From the NCBI GenBank assembly GCA_013115145.1, contig JAAPAO010000087.1:22354-86353 (forward strand): a DNA stretch of 64,000 nucleotides, in the 5' to 3' direction. The position numbers and the translations under genes were made by a program. This document shows positions 27,801 to 40,311 of the stretch, in pieces. Within the stretch, counting starts at the first letter, position 1, and each line of letters opens with the position of its first letter. The stretch is from Perkinsus chesapeaki ATCC PRA-425. Taxonomy: Eukaryota > Protista > Perkinsozoa. The notes under the pieces are model-generated. The model had not been told where the DNA came from. It did not search any database and saw only the letters and a list, made by a program, of their open reading frames with translations.

Positions 27801-29618
27801 CCGCTGTTCAAGGTCTTCTTCTTCATCCACTAGGTAGATGCCCTCACCCGCCAAGACAATAGCACCTATTATAGTGTCAATCTCACCGACAAGTCTCTCG
27901 AAATTAACCGTAACCGCAGAAAGTAGCTGCAACGGTATATCCGAGTAGGGCCCGCTCGAAGGCTTTGGCAAACCCTGGCCGTCCCCGCTTCTCGAGGGTG
28001 ATGATGATGCTGCTGGAGACGTCTCAGAAGCCTGTACTGACTCCCGAGAGCTCCCCTGTTGCTGCTGTCCTGTCTTCGGCACCTCATTCGGCTTATTGAT
28101 AGTTTGGTCCGCCAAGCTCAAGAGTAGACCAACGCAGGCAGTTCGGCTCGAGAAGGGCATAGTGCTGTCCAAAAGATAGCCGCAAAAGAGGCCAAAAGCT
28201 GCTATAGTTTGTGGAGTGGTGAGCCTCGAACGTAGTATAAGGATGACGTCGGACTGTATAGACAGGACCATAGCTCTGAGATAATCCCTCGTAGAGAGAT
28301 CACTATCCATTGATCTATCAGAAACTCCTAGCATGACCTTCTCGTCGAGGATACTGTCTAGCTTACCAGCCAATGGACCAGCACATTGCTGACCCTCCAA
28401 AGTGACGAATCTCTTAAAGAGGCCCAAAAGGTTCCACCTATAGCTCAAAGCATCGGTTATTCCACGAGGATTCTCCGTCCTCGACAAGAGGAATGAAAAG
28501 CTATCAACCAATGCATTTGGGCAACCCGGAAACTCACATTTCGTCCAGGCCGGCACATTGCGAGAATTGGAGCCTCCACCTGCACAGTTGGCTGCTGCTG
28601 CTGCTTCATAGTTGCTCACTATAAACGAGATGGTCCTGTAATGTGCCAATGCCAACACATCGCTTGCTCCCTCTATGCACTCTACACTTGACCCGCTCAG
28701 CATCCTGGCCAGGTCCACCCTGCCCAGCCCTATAATTGCCGGTAAATGCTCAGCACACTTCTTTATTGTTTGTGACATCGATATCACGCCCTCATGATCT
28801 CCCCCCGATTGAGCTATATCAAATACGACTTCTACAAGGGGAACTGCCTGCGATATCATGTCCAGTGCGTCGAACACAATGCCGCCCGCGACCTCGTTCT
28901 GGGATAAACTCGGTAGAGTTCCCAAAAGTGTCAATATATGGCTCGATAATATCTTAATCTGTTCCATCGAAACAACTCTCTGCACACTGTGTACCCCTCC
29001 CTCGACCATCAATGCCGTCAGAATGCTCGTTTGTCCCTGTACAGCCATCGCCCCTACTCCCCGATATGAACCTGGATCCTTTGGGACAGGATAAGCTGAG
29101 ACGCTGCTGCCACTATAGGTAGACCTAGTGATAGCATCAACCGACAAAACCATGGTCTCCAAAAATGTCTTAAACAAACCGGACATGCCGTCCCATACTT
29201 GCCGACCCGATACACGGTACAGCACTGACACACTGGCTTTTAGACTCGCCTTCCCGCTGGCCATTGGGGACACCAATTTTCCCTGATTAGAACGATCCAC
29301 AAACTCCTTCAAAAGGGGAACCGTATGGCTATAGAAGGAGCTTCTCTGTTCCTCGCTAACTCCAGCTTGGTCATATATTTCACAGATCCCCATTACCGTC
29401 TCACACACTTGTTTCTCCAACCCCTCCAATGCACTCTTTTCACTTGTAACACCACCAGTCAACAGTGCAGTCTCACTCCGAGCTCGAGCACTATTAAGCT
29501 CCACCATAAGAGATCGCAGCTTACTAGTCTCTTGCGCAAGGGGATTCTTGTTGCCATGCTGCCACCCCGATGACGTCTGCGCACTATATGATGGTGATGG
29601 AGAAGATGATGATGACAT
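15865..29618 (-). CDS. TRRAP: TRRAP/Tra1 PIKK-family pseudokinase (HEAT-FAT-pseudokinase-FATC), roughly 4,500 aa
   Basis: A 3543-codon ORF is followed by spliced exons LQQFTELQEASQML, LEIWRSRVPARVEPMSVWGEVFTWRQ, DSAWSNIRMSMAARRLGL, LALAGKHPQKVYYRL, KVRQIALIGSNGRRY and HPIPFRLTRGL. It ends in a FATC-type YDWMPWL*. No DRH/DFG motifs are present. Confidence 0.88.
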
Positions 29619-29790
29619 ATTAACGGCCTTGGGACCCTTTACTACTACTACCCCAAGGCCTTAACAACAACAACTAACAACAAAGGTAACAATACAATTA
29701 GACGTTAACAAAGACCGACCATAAAATAACAATACTGTATGTATACCAGAAACCCTCAAGGAATCATGCATGCTTCAACCTCAGATCCAA

Positions 29791-30733
29791 TCACTTATAT
29801 GTTGTTTGCCTTCTAAAATACCGACTTCGATAAATGGTTTTATTATTATGTTTATCGCTCATATAGACCTGACCCTTCTTAGCCCTAGCCCAGTAGAACA
29901 CTTGCATCGGCACTGTCTTAACTCGCCAATCAGCCTTCATCAAATCACGTTTCGTTTCCTGATCAGACATTTCCTCTCCCTCCAGTCTACTAACCTTCGC
30001 TCACATTTCTTCCCAATCTCGTATAGTAAAGCTCCGCTGGCTGCCTCACCAGCCCACCAACACTCTTCACTATACCCTCGCCGCTAACCTCGGCTGTTAC
30101 GCTACTCAGGAAACCCAACTCATCGGAGAACTCCGATCCAGTCGATCGTGGGCGATCAAAGTAACCACAAGTACCTGAAAGCCCTAAGGAGTAGCCCAGA
30201 GCGTGCGAAACGCAGGCTTCTTGAATTTAAGATAATGGCCTACAAGCTTATATTCCACGAGCAAACGGGCTCCAAAAGTCACCACAGACAGAATGGAGGC
30301 AAAAGCTTACATATCTCCTTAGCGTCTCTAATGCATAGTTCATGACTCCGAGGGTCGACGACAAACTGTATGCCAGAGCTGGAGGAATCAGAGATACTCT
30401 TTAGCACTCTCAAGTCGGATGAGACCGAGAACAGCGACCCTAAAGATCGAAACATTCAGCGCTACCAGAGATCGATGACAACTTCCGAGCCCCCCTCTCT
30501 CGACAACTACCAACTTCGGCCTGTCCACATACGGTGAATGGTCAAATAAATACTATCCGGAAGATCAAGGTAGGAATCTATAAGCCCAGAGCATTAATGG
30601 ATGGCATAAAGGAAAGACATCGGCGAATCCTTCACATGCTCATTAAACACAGTTACCCATCCCAGCAACCATCTTGACAATAAGCCAGCAGACACCACAC
30701 TGCAGAGTCTACATTACACCAAACCGACGACAT
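29791..30733 (-). CDS. Hypothetical spliced protein
   Basis: Open GT-AG-bounded segments (SYLDLPDSIYLTIH; IQFVVDPRSHELCIRDAKEI; VTAEVSGEGIVKSVGGLVRQPAELYYTRLGRN-ETKRDLMKADWRVKTVPMQVFYW). The full model is not secure. Confidence 0.35.
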
Positions 30734-30798
30734 GCAGATAAGATCCGGTCGGTAACTTTAATCTTGATAATAATTCCTACCGCCCAACGTTTCACCAA

Positions 30799-31917
30799 CT
30801 ACTTGCCTCCTTCTTCCCAGAGGGGGCAGTAGTGATCCCTATTACCCGTTTCCCCAAGCCTTCCTATCCATGTAATATTCGGTCCCATACCCCCTGTAGC
30901 CTCCATCCATTCACTCTCAGTATCCTCTACAGCCGCCTTCACCTCACTAGTATGCCGCCAAGGTAGCTCACATGCTACCATTCGCAACCCGTCAAGTAGC
31001 TCTCCTCGCAGATAAGGGTCCATCCTCCCCACCACCGTAGCCGTTTCCTTCAGTTTTCGGCAGTCTGTCGTGATAACTGTTGCCTTTGCCGTCTTGGCCG
31101 CTGCCAACATGTCCTCCGCGTCTGCCGTATCGAAGTCCACAAGTCCTGCCCCGACCCGATAGACAGCTTGCGTACTCTCAAAGTCTGCCCCGACGTCATC
31201 GCTGCTACAAACCAAGACAACGTCTCGATTATCCAATTCCAGCAGCTCTGCAGTGTGCTGCGCTCTTCTATCAAGCTGCTCTCCAGTGATAGAGCATTGC
31301 CTTCCCACATGATAGTAGCTCTTGGACGGGACATGAACGGGCCCGGTGGAAGATAGGTCACCACAGCCATCCACGGTGGCGGAGGATGATGGAGACCCCG
31401 CAATGAGCCTGTCAATGGGTAGCATGGCCGCTCCCAAACTCCGACAGAAGTCCGTCGATTCCTTGTTGACCGTATTGACTAGGACGGTCCGCGTCCTACT
31501 GTCGGCTGCCATTTGCCTGAACTACAGCATTCCCCCACACCCCTATGAGCATGCTATCACCGCGCAGTGTCCTGGTCTTCATATGGCAATGGTACGGCTG
31601 TGCATTGGCGGCTCCAGAGGGCTTGTCGGGCTGCCAAGGAAGCTTGATAGGAGCCTAAAGTACCGATGAAGATAGACTTAGACTGTCTGGGTACCAGGTG
31701 GAAGCCAAATACCAACTCTTGTATTCTTGATACCACGTAGGCCTGCGAGGAGCCTTTGAGGTAGTGAAGATGATGAACACCTTCGATAGGATCGAAGCAG
31801 CATATAGAAAAAGAAAAAGAGACAAAAACTATGCACCAAATATCAAGTGGAAAAATGCGAGAGAAATGTCGCCACCGGGGATCGAACAAGAAGCCTGACT
31901 TTCTTCCGGAGAAACAT
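30799..31917 (-). CDS. Truncated/degenerate AMP-binding (acyl-CoA synthetase-like) protein, possible mitochondrial presequence
   Basis: The 237-aa ORF joins upstream exons (...YQASLAARQALWSRQCTAVPLPYEDQDTAR-QMAADSRTRTVLV). Segment SITGEQLDRRAQHTAELLELDNRDVVLVC resembles the ANL N-domain. The N-terminus MFLRKKVRLLVRSPVATFLSHFS is basic and amphipathic. Confidence 0.5.
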
Positions 31918-31931
31918 GCGGCGGCGGTGAT

Positions 31932-34559
31932 TTATCTGTAATTGCTTCGGTGCGTTTCCAGGCGGTCCATGATGGCTCTTAAAGTGCCTGAAGCATATCA
32001 ACATATGTCACAGCCTCATCGAACAGATATTCGGTTAGATCGGCAAGACGACCATCGATGATTATAATCACCTTCATCTATCTCCTCCATATCGTCTCCA
32101 CCTCCAAACGAACCCCTCTTATGTAGCTGATACATCACTACAGCACCAATACCCATCATAGTGAAGAGCACCTGAGCAATAGCAGCATAGAAGCAGACCC
32201 ATGTCGCCACAGTGTGCCTTCGAAAGAGCCGCGGCCCACCATCCTTGGTCTGAGCTTTGCGGTGGGGGCTTGTACGGCTCTTGGACAGACAAACTGGCTA
32301 AAACAACTCTGAAAGGGAATTGGCAAGGGAGATGCATCCTGCGAGGGTACTGCTTATTCTCTGTGATGAATCCAATAGCTGCATCGAATATCGCAACCGG
32401 GCTTCCTGACAGCCAACCTGCCACGACAAGTTGTCTTACTTATGGTCGAAAGCTGTGAAGGTGCACACTCTGACCTAGATGGTATCTTTCCATCAACACA
32501 TCTCGGAGTGGCATTTAATTAACTTTTCTCGTACGCTCTCTTACCTGAGTGTTCCTCTGACTTTGCTGTCCGGCGGAATCGAGCTTGTGATTCGAGCAAG
32601 AAGTAATCGGTAAATGCCAGAGGCGTGCTGTTCTTCAACTCGATACGATAACCGATGGCCCTTTGGTAGTCGCCAGCTTCGAGCGCTGCGAGGTTTACTA
32701 TGTATCTGCAATTCCTGCTATCTTGCTGCATATGAGTAGGCCTCACAGAGAGCTCTTGGGCTGAGGGCCAGCGATATCTGTATGGCTCACAAATGGCTTC
32801 AACACCTGTACTGGTAATAACGACCACGATTATAACAGCACCGTACCAATCCAATAATAGCCAAGCTGCCTCTGACAAAAACCCTGTATGAGAAGGCTGC
32901 AGTTGGTGTAGGCAAACGTGGCACTTTATAGAGGACCTCGCATATCTTCTTATTATGCCGGTGAACTCTGTGATGAGTTGCATACACCCAAACCTGCTGA
33001 TCGGGCAGTGCAAACAAATTCGGCTAGTGCGCAAACCTCCCCATCACTCATCGAGACATAAGCTCTCCCCAAGCCATGGCTCTCGACAGTTATACCCGTG
33101 GCCTCTCTAGCCCATCCTCCGCAGGGGGCTCTCGATATAGAATCGATGGTAGACTGAACAGATCTTCCTCTCAAACACGTGGTCAGTCTTTACCGCAGAA
33201 AAGTGTCCGAATTCCTTCTTGGACAGCCACCAAGGTTGAGAGCCGTGTGTCCCTCCCTTAGCCAGATCAATGATGCCACCCTCTGTCCTAGTGACAAGTA
33301 AACGACCTGAAGTAAGAGCAGCACCGAGCGACACCCAACGGCGCTTATCACCCCTGAATGTGCCATCAGCACTGAAGACGGCCAAATACCCAGTTGAGTC
33401 ACCGAAGACATAGTTGGACAAGAGCCTTCCATAGGGATAGCAGTTTCATTATTCACGAATGCTGACCTCTCATGTGCTGTGTACGACACCGCAGTTAGTC
33501 TAGGCCTCCTCGACATGTCGACGTTAAGCGTCTGGGCTGCCTGGGCATTGCTATTGCATTGCTGCTCAGTAAGGGTTGTATCCCCTTCTCCTTGAAGAGC
33601 TTTAGAGAGTGAATGGCTGAACTTCACTAACAAGCAGTGTGATGTACTTGCAAGATGCAGATGACTCTCCCGCACATTCGCATGCCACTTCCAATTTAGT
33701 GATATTCCTCGCATTGTCCACCAGTGCCCGAACAAAAACTTCGAAAACTGTCAAATGCTGACGCTCTCCATCCACCAGGCCAATAACCCTGAGGGCTAGC
33801 ATAGCTTAACGTCGATCCCCTCCCCATCTAGCTCACTTCTGATCCTCGGAGCTGTACGCGATTATTGTAGCAACATCATGTGCACTCATTTCAAGAGAGA
33901 TAGACGAGAGGACATCCCCGGACAAATGGTCCAATACCTTCACTTGGGGGGTAGACGAGCACGTGCATCATTCTTACTCTCAGCGTGCCATCAGAGTTTA
34001 CTGTGACAAGGAGAGAGTCGGGCAAACCCTCCAGACCTTTGATGGACAAGAGTTTCGCATGGAGGACTTCCGTCTTTGAATCCATCAAGCGCACCTGAGA
34101 TATGCCCCTATCAAGTATGCATAAGTTGAACTACCTACGTTGCGTAATGGAAGTTGAGGGTTTGTAACGAAAGTCTGCTCGACTTCGGTATCTGTCACGT
34201 CTACGACTTGGATATTTGCCTCAACACTTTCCCCGTTGTTGATGTATCTTAACATAACGATCTCCCAGTGATCCTCTCGGCTCGAGTGGGCACATGAAGT
34301 GTTTAGCTTCTGGTAGCGACTCTTCCATAACGACAGCCATCATCGGAGACAGCTCAGCGTGAGTTCGTACACCACTCATTGAAGCATCTAACGTAGGTTG
34401 ACAGAAGCTGATTGCTTGAATTAGGAGTAGGCTACTTAGCATCTCCAACGATCGGGTGATTTCCCTCACCAATTCTATTTCGTTTCTAGCTCCTGGAGTA
34501 ATAAACGCATTGATCAAGGAGAGAACAATAGCGAACTCCAGGTGGAGGCGAACAGGCAT
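31932..34559 (-). CDS. Type I membrane protein with beta-rich luminal region, At1g75140-like
   Basis: Signal peptide MPVRLHLEFAIVLSLINAFITPG; YVFGDSTGYLAVFSADGTFRG-GRLLVTRTEGGIIDL...RAYVSMSDGEV; C-terminal TM WVCFYAAIAQVLFTMMGIGAVVMYQL then an acidic tail. The family call is from remembered layout similarity only. Confidence 0.6.
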
Positions 34560-34711
34560 GCTACAATGGTCAATAACTTGATAAATACGTTAAGGCTGAC
34601 ATATAGTAGTGAACAGCGACACGACATGTAGACGATACGGGGCAAGGCATCTGTTCATGACATGGCTGTTTCATCACCAGAGTGACGACTGTTAATTAAT
34701 TTCCTGATGGC

Positions 34712-37585
34712 CTAGTTGACGCCTCGCCTGGATGACCCGAGCGAAGTAATGGAGTTGCCACGCGAACCCAAACGGCGATGGAAGCTGTCTCGTCTTGCCC
34801 TAGCTCTGAGTTGCATTCGGAGCTCTTGAACCGCTGTGGGGGCTTCCGAGGCAGTATCACTATTGCTACTAGCCTCACAGGATGTTTCCTAATGATGGAA
34901 AAGATGTGTTAGGGTTGGCAACACTTAAACGGTGTTTACTTCGGATTCCTCCTCGCTTGAACCGTCGTCTGTCTCGCTTCCCGGATCAGGAGGATTTTCG
35001 GTAATCTGAATTCAGATGATCTCAATTTTAAGACAAGGAGCCAACAGACTAACTTCTTCGCTGAGTGCCAAGTCAAAACGAGCCTTCGCTTCGGTTTGTC
35101 GAAGGCGCCTACATTTGTAAGCATAATTATGACGTCTGGCGATTCACCTTTCATCAGCCTCCCTTGCACGTTGAGCTACATGCCTGGCACTCCTTGCAAG
35201 ATCCACGATGTCGTCAGATCGCCCCCCTAACACGGCGCTAAGATCTTCCAGGCTCTAACAACTCACCTGCATACCGCTGATTGGAATGAGAAGGCTTACA
35301 CTCACCTGACGGGTGTTTCACATGACACGGAAGACGACAGACTCACTTCGAAAAGAGGCTTGTGAGCGAGCAGCTTGCATCTTCCGGGTCAAGCTCAGCA
35401 TTTTATCTTGAATGTCCGCTTGTGCCTTTAGTGAAATACAACATCAATACATTCTATTCTCTAGCAAGTTGCTATTAAAAACTCATTCGTGTGTTTCTTA
35501 GCAACACAGTCCGCAAGCTTACTTCTTCATAAAATGTCGGCCCGTTAGGATCGATGGCTGAAAACAAACTGAAGGTGCAAAATGTGTACTTTCTGCGTAC
35601 CTGATTTACTCGCTCTAAGTAATAGGTTTTTCCAAGTCATCGCTTTGGACATAACGGAGAGCATCCCGGATGCATTTTTTCCGTTAGACGGGGATCGGGG
35701 TGGCAGCCGAGCATTCTTCCGGGCCAACCTTGGTGGATTATTGTACCTTGGAAGTATCGTGCTCGATGAAGGAAGGATATCTTGCTGAAGTACATTTGTC
35801 TGAGAATTCTGGTAGTTTCTGAGATATCGCTCTCTCCTGAAGCCGAGCAGCTGTCTCTTCGAATTCCTCAGACTCTCCCACGGTGGGAGTCCCACCGTCT
35901 GAGTCTCCGCTGGATTCCTCGTCTTGCTGATCCCTCCTCAGACATTCAAAGCGATCCACCTACGATTGAATGTACGAGAATAGGATAAAAACCCATGCTA
36001 CTTCATGAGCAACATATTCTTCCTTGGCTTTGACGTCATCGACTGTAATTGCAAAGAGGCTTTTCAGACCTGTGTGGAAGTAGCTCAGTAGAGTGATATG
36101 CTTAGACGCACAGGAGAGTAGCAGTTTGCTTGCAGACTAGCCGCTATGTTGCCCGCAGATCAAGGTCTAGTCTAATCGAATGAAGCCCCTTCGCGTAGCT
36201 CTTCAGCATGTGTCACCCCAAAATGTTGCGCAGAACCTCTACTCAAACGTGTCACCCAAAAGAACTGACCTTCCGTTATCTTTTCTTCATTTCCTACAGT
36301 ATTCGACCTCAGTAATCCACCAGCAGGACTACCCTGAATTCGAAAAAGTGGGGGAAGTTGTACTATCAAGCTTTACCAGATCTAAAGCCGTCCCCTTCGC
36401 GGAAGTCAACTTCTCCTGACATGATGCGGGTTGCGAATCTGGTATGCTCTACTCTCTGGACCTTCGGTTGCCTATCGCCCTCTATTCGCTGCATCATCTC
36501 CTCCGCCTAAGATAGCAACTTCAAGTGGACCATTGCCAGTACTACCTACAGATTGGGTCAGTCGTTTTGTGAAAAGTCTTGCGGCAGGAACATCTGAGGG
36601 CTATGTCAGCGAAACTAAGGGGCCAGGAGAGGCTCGTCACCTCTCGTTCCGGCGACTGCTCGTCGGTGTTGCTGCTCTGGGAAAGCCAGCCGTCCGGTCT
36701 GAATCTGAACTACGCCACGTCAAGGCCAATATTGTTAGCAAGCTGGCGTTATCGTGCAAGTTTACAAGCATTCTTTTGCCCATCTGAACGACCTGCTTCA
36801 TCTCTCTAGCTTGTTGACTCTCTTTAGTACTCTGACCGAGATCCTCCACCTTCAGCAGAGGGTCGGCTATCAGCAAGGAAAGCGTTGAATCGCAACAAGG
36901 TAATTAGCTACGCTTTTGCCCGTCCACCTTTATCATGTTGGAGTTAGCTTCGGGTCCCATCCTCTCTCGTTCCTCTTGCGCTTTTTTCAACTGCTTTCTC
37001 TTTTGCTTCTCCAGTTCATGTGCTATCTGATACAGATCTGTGCACAAACGCCTCGATGATTAAGGTAACCTTTTCCATCAAGTGGCGGTGCTCGCGTGCT
37101 GCTTTCTCTTTACGCTCGAGTGCAGCTATAACGCTTTCTGTAAGCCACGGCCGAGCCGCGGTTCGTTCTCGGGTCAGCGGCAGCTCTGCACAAGCACGGT
37201 GAGCCATAGGGGGTGAGCATGGGGTTCTTATGCGTGCTAACCTGAGGTGTCGAGAGCCGAGTCCGTTCGATTAGGGTTCAGGTTGCATGTCATCGTTGGC
37301 CAGTGATTCATTCTCAAGTCTTCAAGGTCCTCTCGTGTCAACCGCAGTCTTGAATCCTCTACAACCTATAAAACTATGATAATCTTATTGACGTATACGA
37401 GTCACGAAAGCGACCATCGAATGCAAAAATGTCTTTTTTTCGAACGAGCATTATTGCACATGCCAGATGAAATGAATTACAGATCTATGCCTCTTCTTCA
37501 ACTCATTGAAGCTTTTTCTCGTCTGTTCATTCTCTTCGTCGGTCTCAACGTGTTCAGAGTCCTCGGAGTCCGTTCTGTCTTTCAT
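34712..37585 (-). CDS. Hypothetical charged/coiled-coil protein (multi-exon)
   Basis: MKDRTDSEDSEHVETDEENEQTRKSFNELKK..., ALERKEKAAREHRHLMEK, ARHVAQRAREADER-RLRQTEAKARFDLALSEE, ending RRGVN*. Exons join in phase at GT-AG. Confidence 0.55.
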
Positions 37586-37977
37586 AGAGTTCAGCAACAA
37601 CTAAGGGTTACCCTGAGCTAAGATTGCCTCGTCGACAACAGTGATAGGAAACGATAGTGAAGGTGCGCTTCTCAAGTGAGGAATTCACTTCAAGTATATA
37701 TTATGGTGTAAACGAACATTCAACAAGAACCAGAAACTCCAAGTGTATAAAAAACGACCCTACCGGCTGTAGGCTACAGCGTGAGCGCAACAACTGTAGA
37801 ATAGGAAACCTCGGACCTTCTAGACAAATGAGTGATATGATACAAGATGCCGGAAAATCTCTCCGGATAACCTGCCACCGACTAGAGGCTATCCAAAGAC
37901 CGTCGTCTTGCAAAGGGTTAGAAAAAGGTCAGCGACACCATTTATGCAGAAATATTGCGACGATAGAGTCATCATCA

Positions 37978-39057
37978 TCACACTTTCACCTTTGCGATTC
38001 CAACCTTGTTATTGTCCACATCATAATAAAAGTAGTTGCCGATGAAAGCAGTCACTCCAATGGAAGCGTGGTACTCAGTGAACTTCATACGTACGAAGCA
38101 TCTACCCTCGGTAGTCTTGTACGTAAATTTCTCAGCCGGTACCTCAATCGCCACCTGTTCGCCCTTCGAGCCTTGTAGGAAGAATGTCACTGAAGGTAAG
38201 TAGGCAACGTCAGGGCAGGATACCGGAAAAGATCCATCTTCCTCCGTAATAGACACATTTTTCCTTCCGGCCACTTTTAAAGAGCTTATCACTTGATTCT
38301 TCCACTCAGTCTTCAAATACATACAACTAGCACCAGTATCGAGGTCGACAGGGGTAACCATTTTGATGCGGTACTTTGAGTCTTGCCCAATTCCTAGAGT
38401 AAGCAGTTGCACCGTTCCCTCGTCTGGGTCGATCATATCAACGTATTGTAATGGAGCGACGTACTTTTTCGAGTCCTTGCCACCAATAAGTACCTCACCA
38501 GAAGGATCTTGTCCATTGTTCAAGTATAGTGAGAAGCTCCTCGATGGCGTAACGTTCTTATCATACAACTGGTCAATAACGGATTTGAAAGGCTTGACTC
38601 TCTCAGTAGATCTTCCTAAACCAAGTGAGGCCCACAATTTACTAAGGTCTTTATTGAATCCAGCAACCAAACCAAAATCTAGGCTGAAGGAGCCGATACC
38701 GTCCATATTCACTGTGCCAGAGTGCGAGAATATCCGCACTTTGGAACCGTCGTCAAATGTTGATACCCAAGTTTTGCCTTTCTTACACGGCTCAGGGTTG
38801 CACTCATAGCAGCCGTAGAAGAAGTCCTCGCACTTTTTTGAATAAGACTCATACCAGTGTTTCCAAACAAAAAACAATAAAGGAGCCCCAGTATCAACTA
38901 CAGCAAACATACTTTGCCCATCAGCTTCAAGTTCAACAATGGGTGCAGGAATCTTCCCAAGATTGTCTAGCTTGAAAGGTAGTCTGGCCAGATTGTCGAC
39001 CCTGCAGAGTCCAACTAAGGCTACAAGATAGAGGATGAAGGCGAAACCGGGAATCAT
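37978..39057 (-). CDS. Secreted pepsin-like (A1) aspartyl protease, single exon
   Basis: Signal peptide MIPGFAFILYLVALVG, two catalytic motifs VVDTGA and DLDTGAS, GEVLIGG, and terminal YYDVDNNKVGIAK. Confidence 0.93.
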   Translation of the reverse strand: MIPGFAFILYLVALVGLCRVDNLARLPFKLDNLGKIPAPIVELEADGQSMFAVVDTGAPLLFFVWKHWYESYSKKCEDFFYGCYECNPEPCKKGKTWVSTFDDGSKVRIFSHSGTVNMDGIGSFSLDFGLVAGFNKDLSKLWASLGLGRSTERVKPFKSVIDQLYDKNVTPSRSFSLYLNNGQDPSGEVLIGGKDSKKYVAPLQYVDMIDPDEGTVQLLTLGIGQDSKYRIKMVTPVDLDTGASCMYLKTEWKNQVISSLKVAGRKNVSITEEDGSFPVSCPDVAYLPSVTFFLQGSKGEQVAIEVPAEKFTYKTTEGRCFVRMKFTEYHASIGVTAFIGNYFYYDVDNNKVGIAKVKV

Positions 39058-40311
39058 TTTCCGGGTCCGCTTGCGTGCGCGCACAGACAAGGCGGCGGAA
39101 ACACAGCAATGTCATGACCAATTGCTCCATCGCATCACTCATGCGCCCTTAAGCCTACTGATCTTGGTGAAAAATTGGTGAAAAATCGTCATGTCATCTG
39201 GGATGGCCACGACCGACAAGGATACTTCGGGGACGGCAGGAACATCAGCATTGTCCTATTTCTCGAACCCGAAGACGATGCCAATGAAAATGGCATTTTC
39301 CATATTCCGTATAGCTGAGGGTTGGTGGAGGCTCGACCGTGGAGCGCCGCTCCGGTATCACGAATTCCTGTCGCCGCGAACCGAAAGGGGACTTTCGTTT
39401 TTTTCTACAGTATATCAATAGAATGATAGGCTTCATCAAGCGGGACTCTGGGTGTAGTCTGTAGGGGGCAAGCACTAAGATCACTGACACTTGACGTGGA
39501 GGGATCAATCAGGGGCTTCTCAGCTTACTTCACTGGCTGGAGCACCGGCATCGTCCAATAACCAAATCTCTAATAAAAAGGCTCTCATTCAGAGGATTAT
39601 ATCACTATTGGCCTGTGCCTTTTCAGAAACAGAGATCCTATACACAGCTTCGCACTAGAGAGTGCAGGAAGCAGAGGAAAATTCCTAGATCCGAGCTACA
39701 CTCTTCAAACCAGGCATGCTTTCCAGCCAAGCTAAAAACGCATCATCAATATCATCCAAGCAATCAAATCATCCACTGGCGCACCTTCTCAGCGACAATG
39801 ATAGCGGAGAACCTTCTCAGCGAGGCCATCTTCAGTACAATGTCGACCAGTAGTCCGAGCCTCTCGGAGGGTACGCCCGAGACTTTCGGCCCAGCAGTGA
39901 CATGGGCGATACAGCGGCTGTATTACAGCCTCTGATCTACACTGTAGATTCTACAGTGCATTTAAGGTACTTCCGAAACCAAATCCATGCGGTAAATCTC
40001 ACGCACGCTGACCACAGCCGCAGCATGAAAGATATTAGACCGGTACCCTTTAGTGCGGGTTTTTCAATATCCGTACAGTCTACATAGCATGGCGCTGTGA
40101 ACCGAGCCACATAAGTAAGGGATATTCTGTGTACTCTCGTAGCTTCTCGTTTCTTTATTTGGATAACATATTAACTAGACATTAGACCATTGAAAGGTTC
40201 CTTTTAGTTAGGACGGCGAGAATCGCCGAAGGACTGTGCTCATTTTGAGCAACGACAAGTTGTTCAGAGAAAAACTCTTCAAGGTTATATGAGTGTCGAC
40301 AGACCTCCCGA

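Noticed and set aside
19148-29573. Many plus-strand ORFs of 60-150 aa (e.g. 24910-25368)
   Set aside because: They are antisense shadows of the TRRAP exon, with no motifs.
37657-38809. Plus-strand ORFs of 173 aa and 148 aa
   Set aside because: They overlap the aspartyl protease antisense, begin at non-ATG or internal starts and show no domain.
39190-40090. Possible spliced minus-strand gene downstream of GST copy 1
   Set aside because: Splice-like signals are present, but there is no unique in-phase model.
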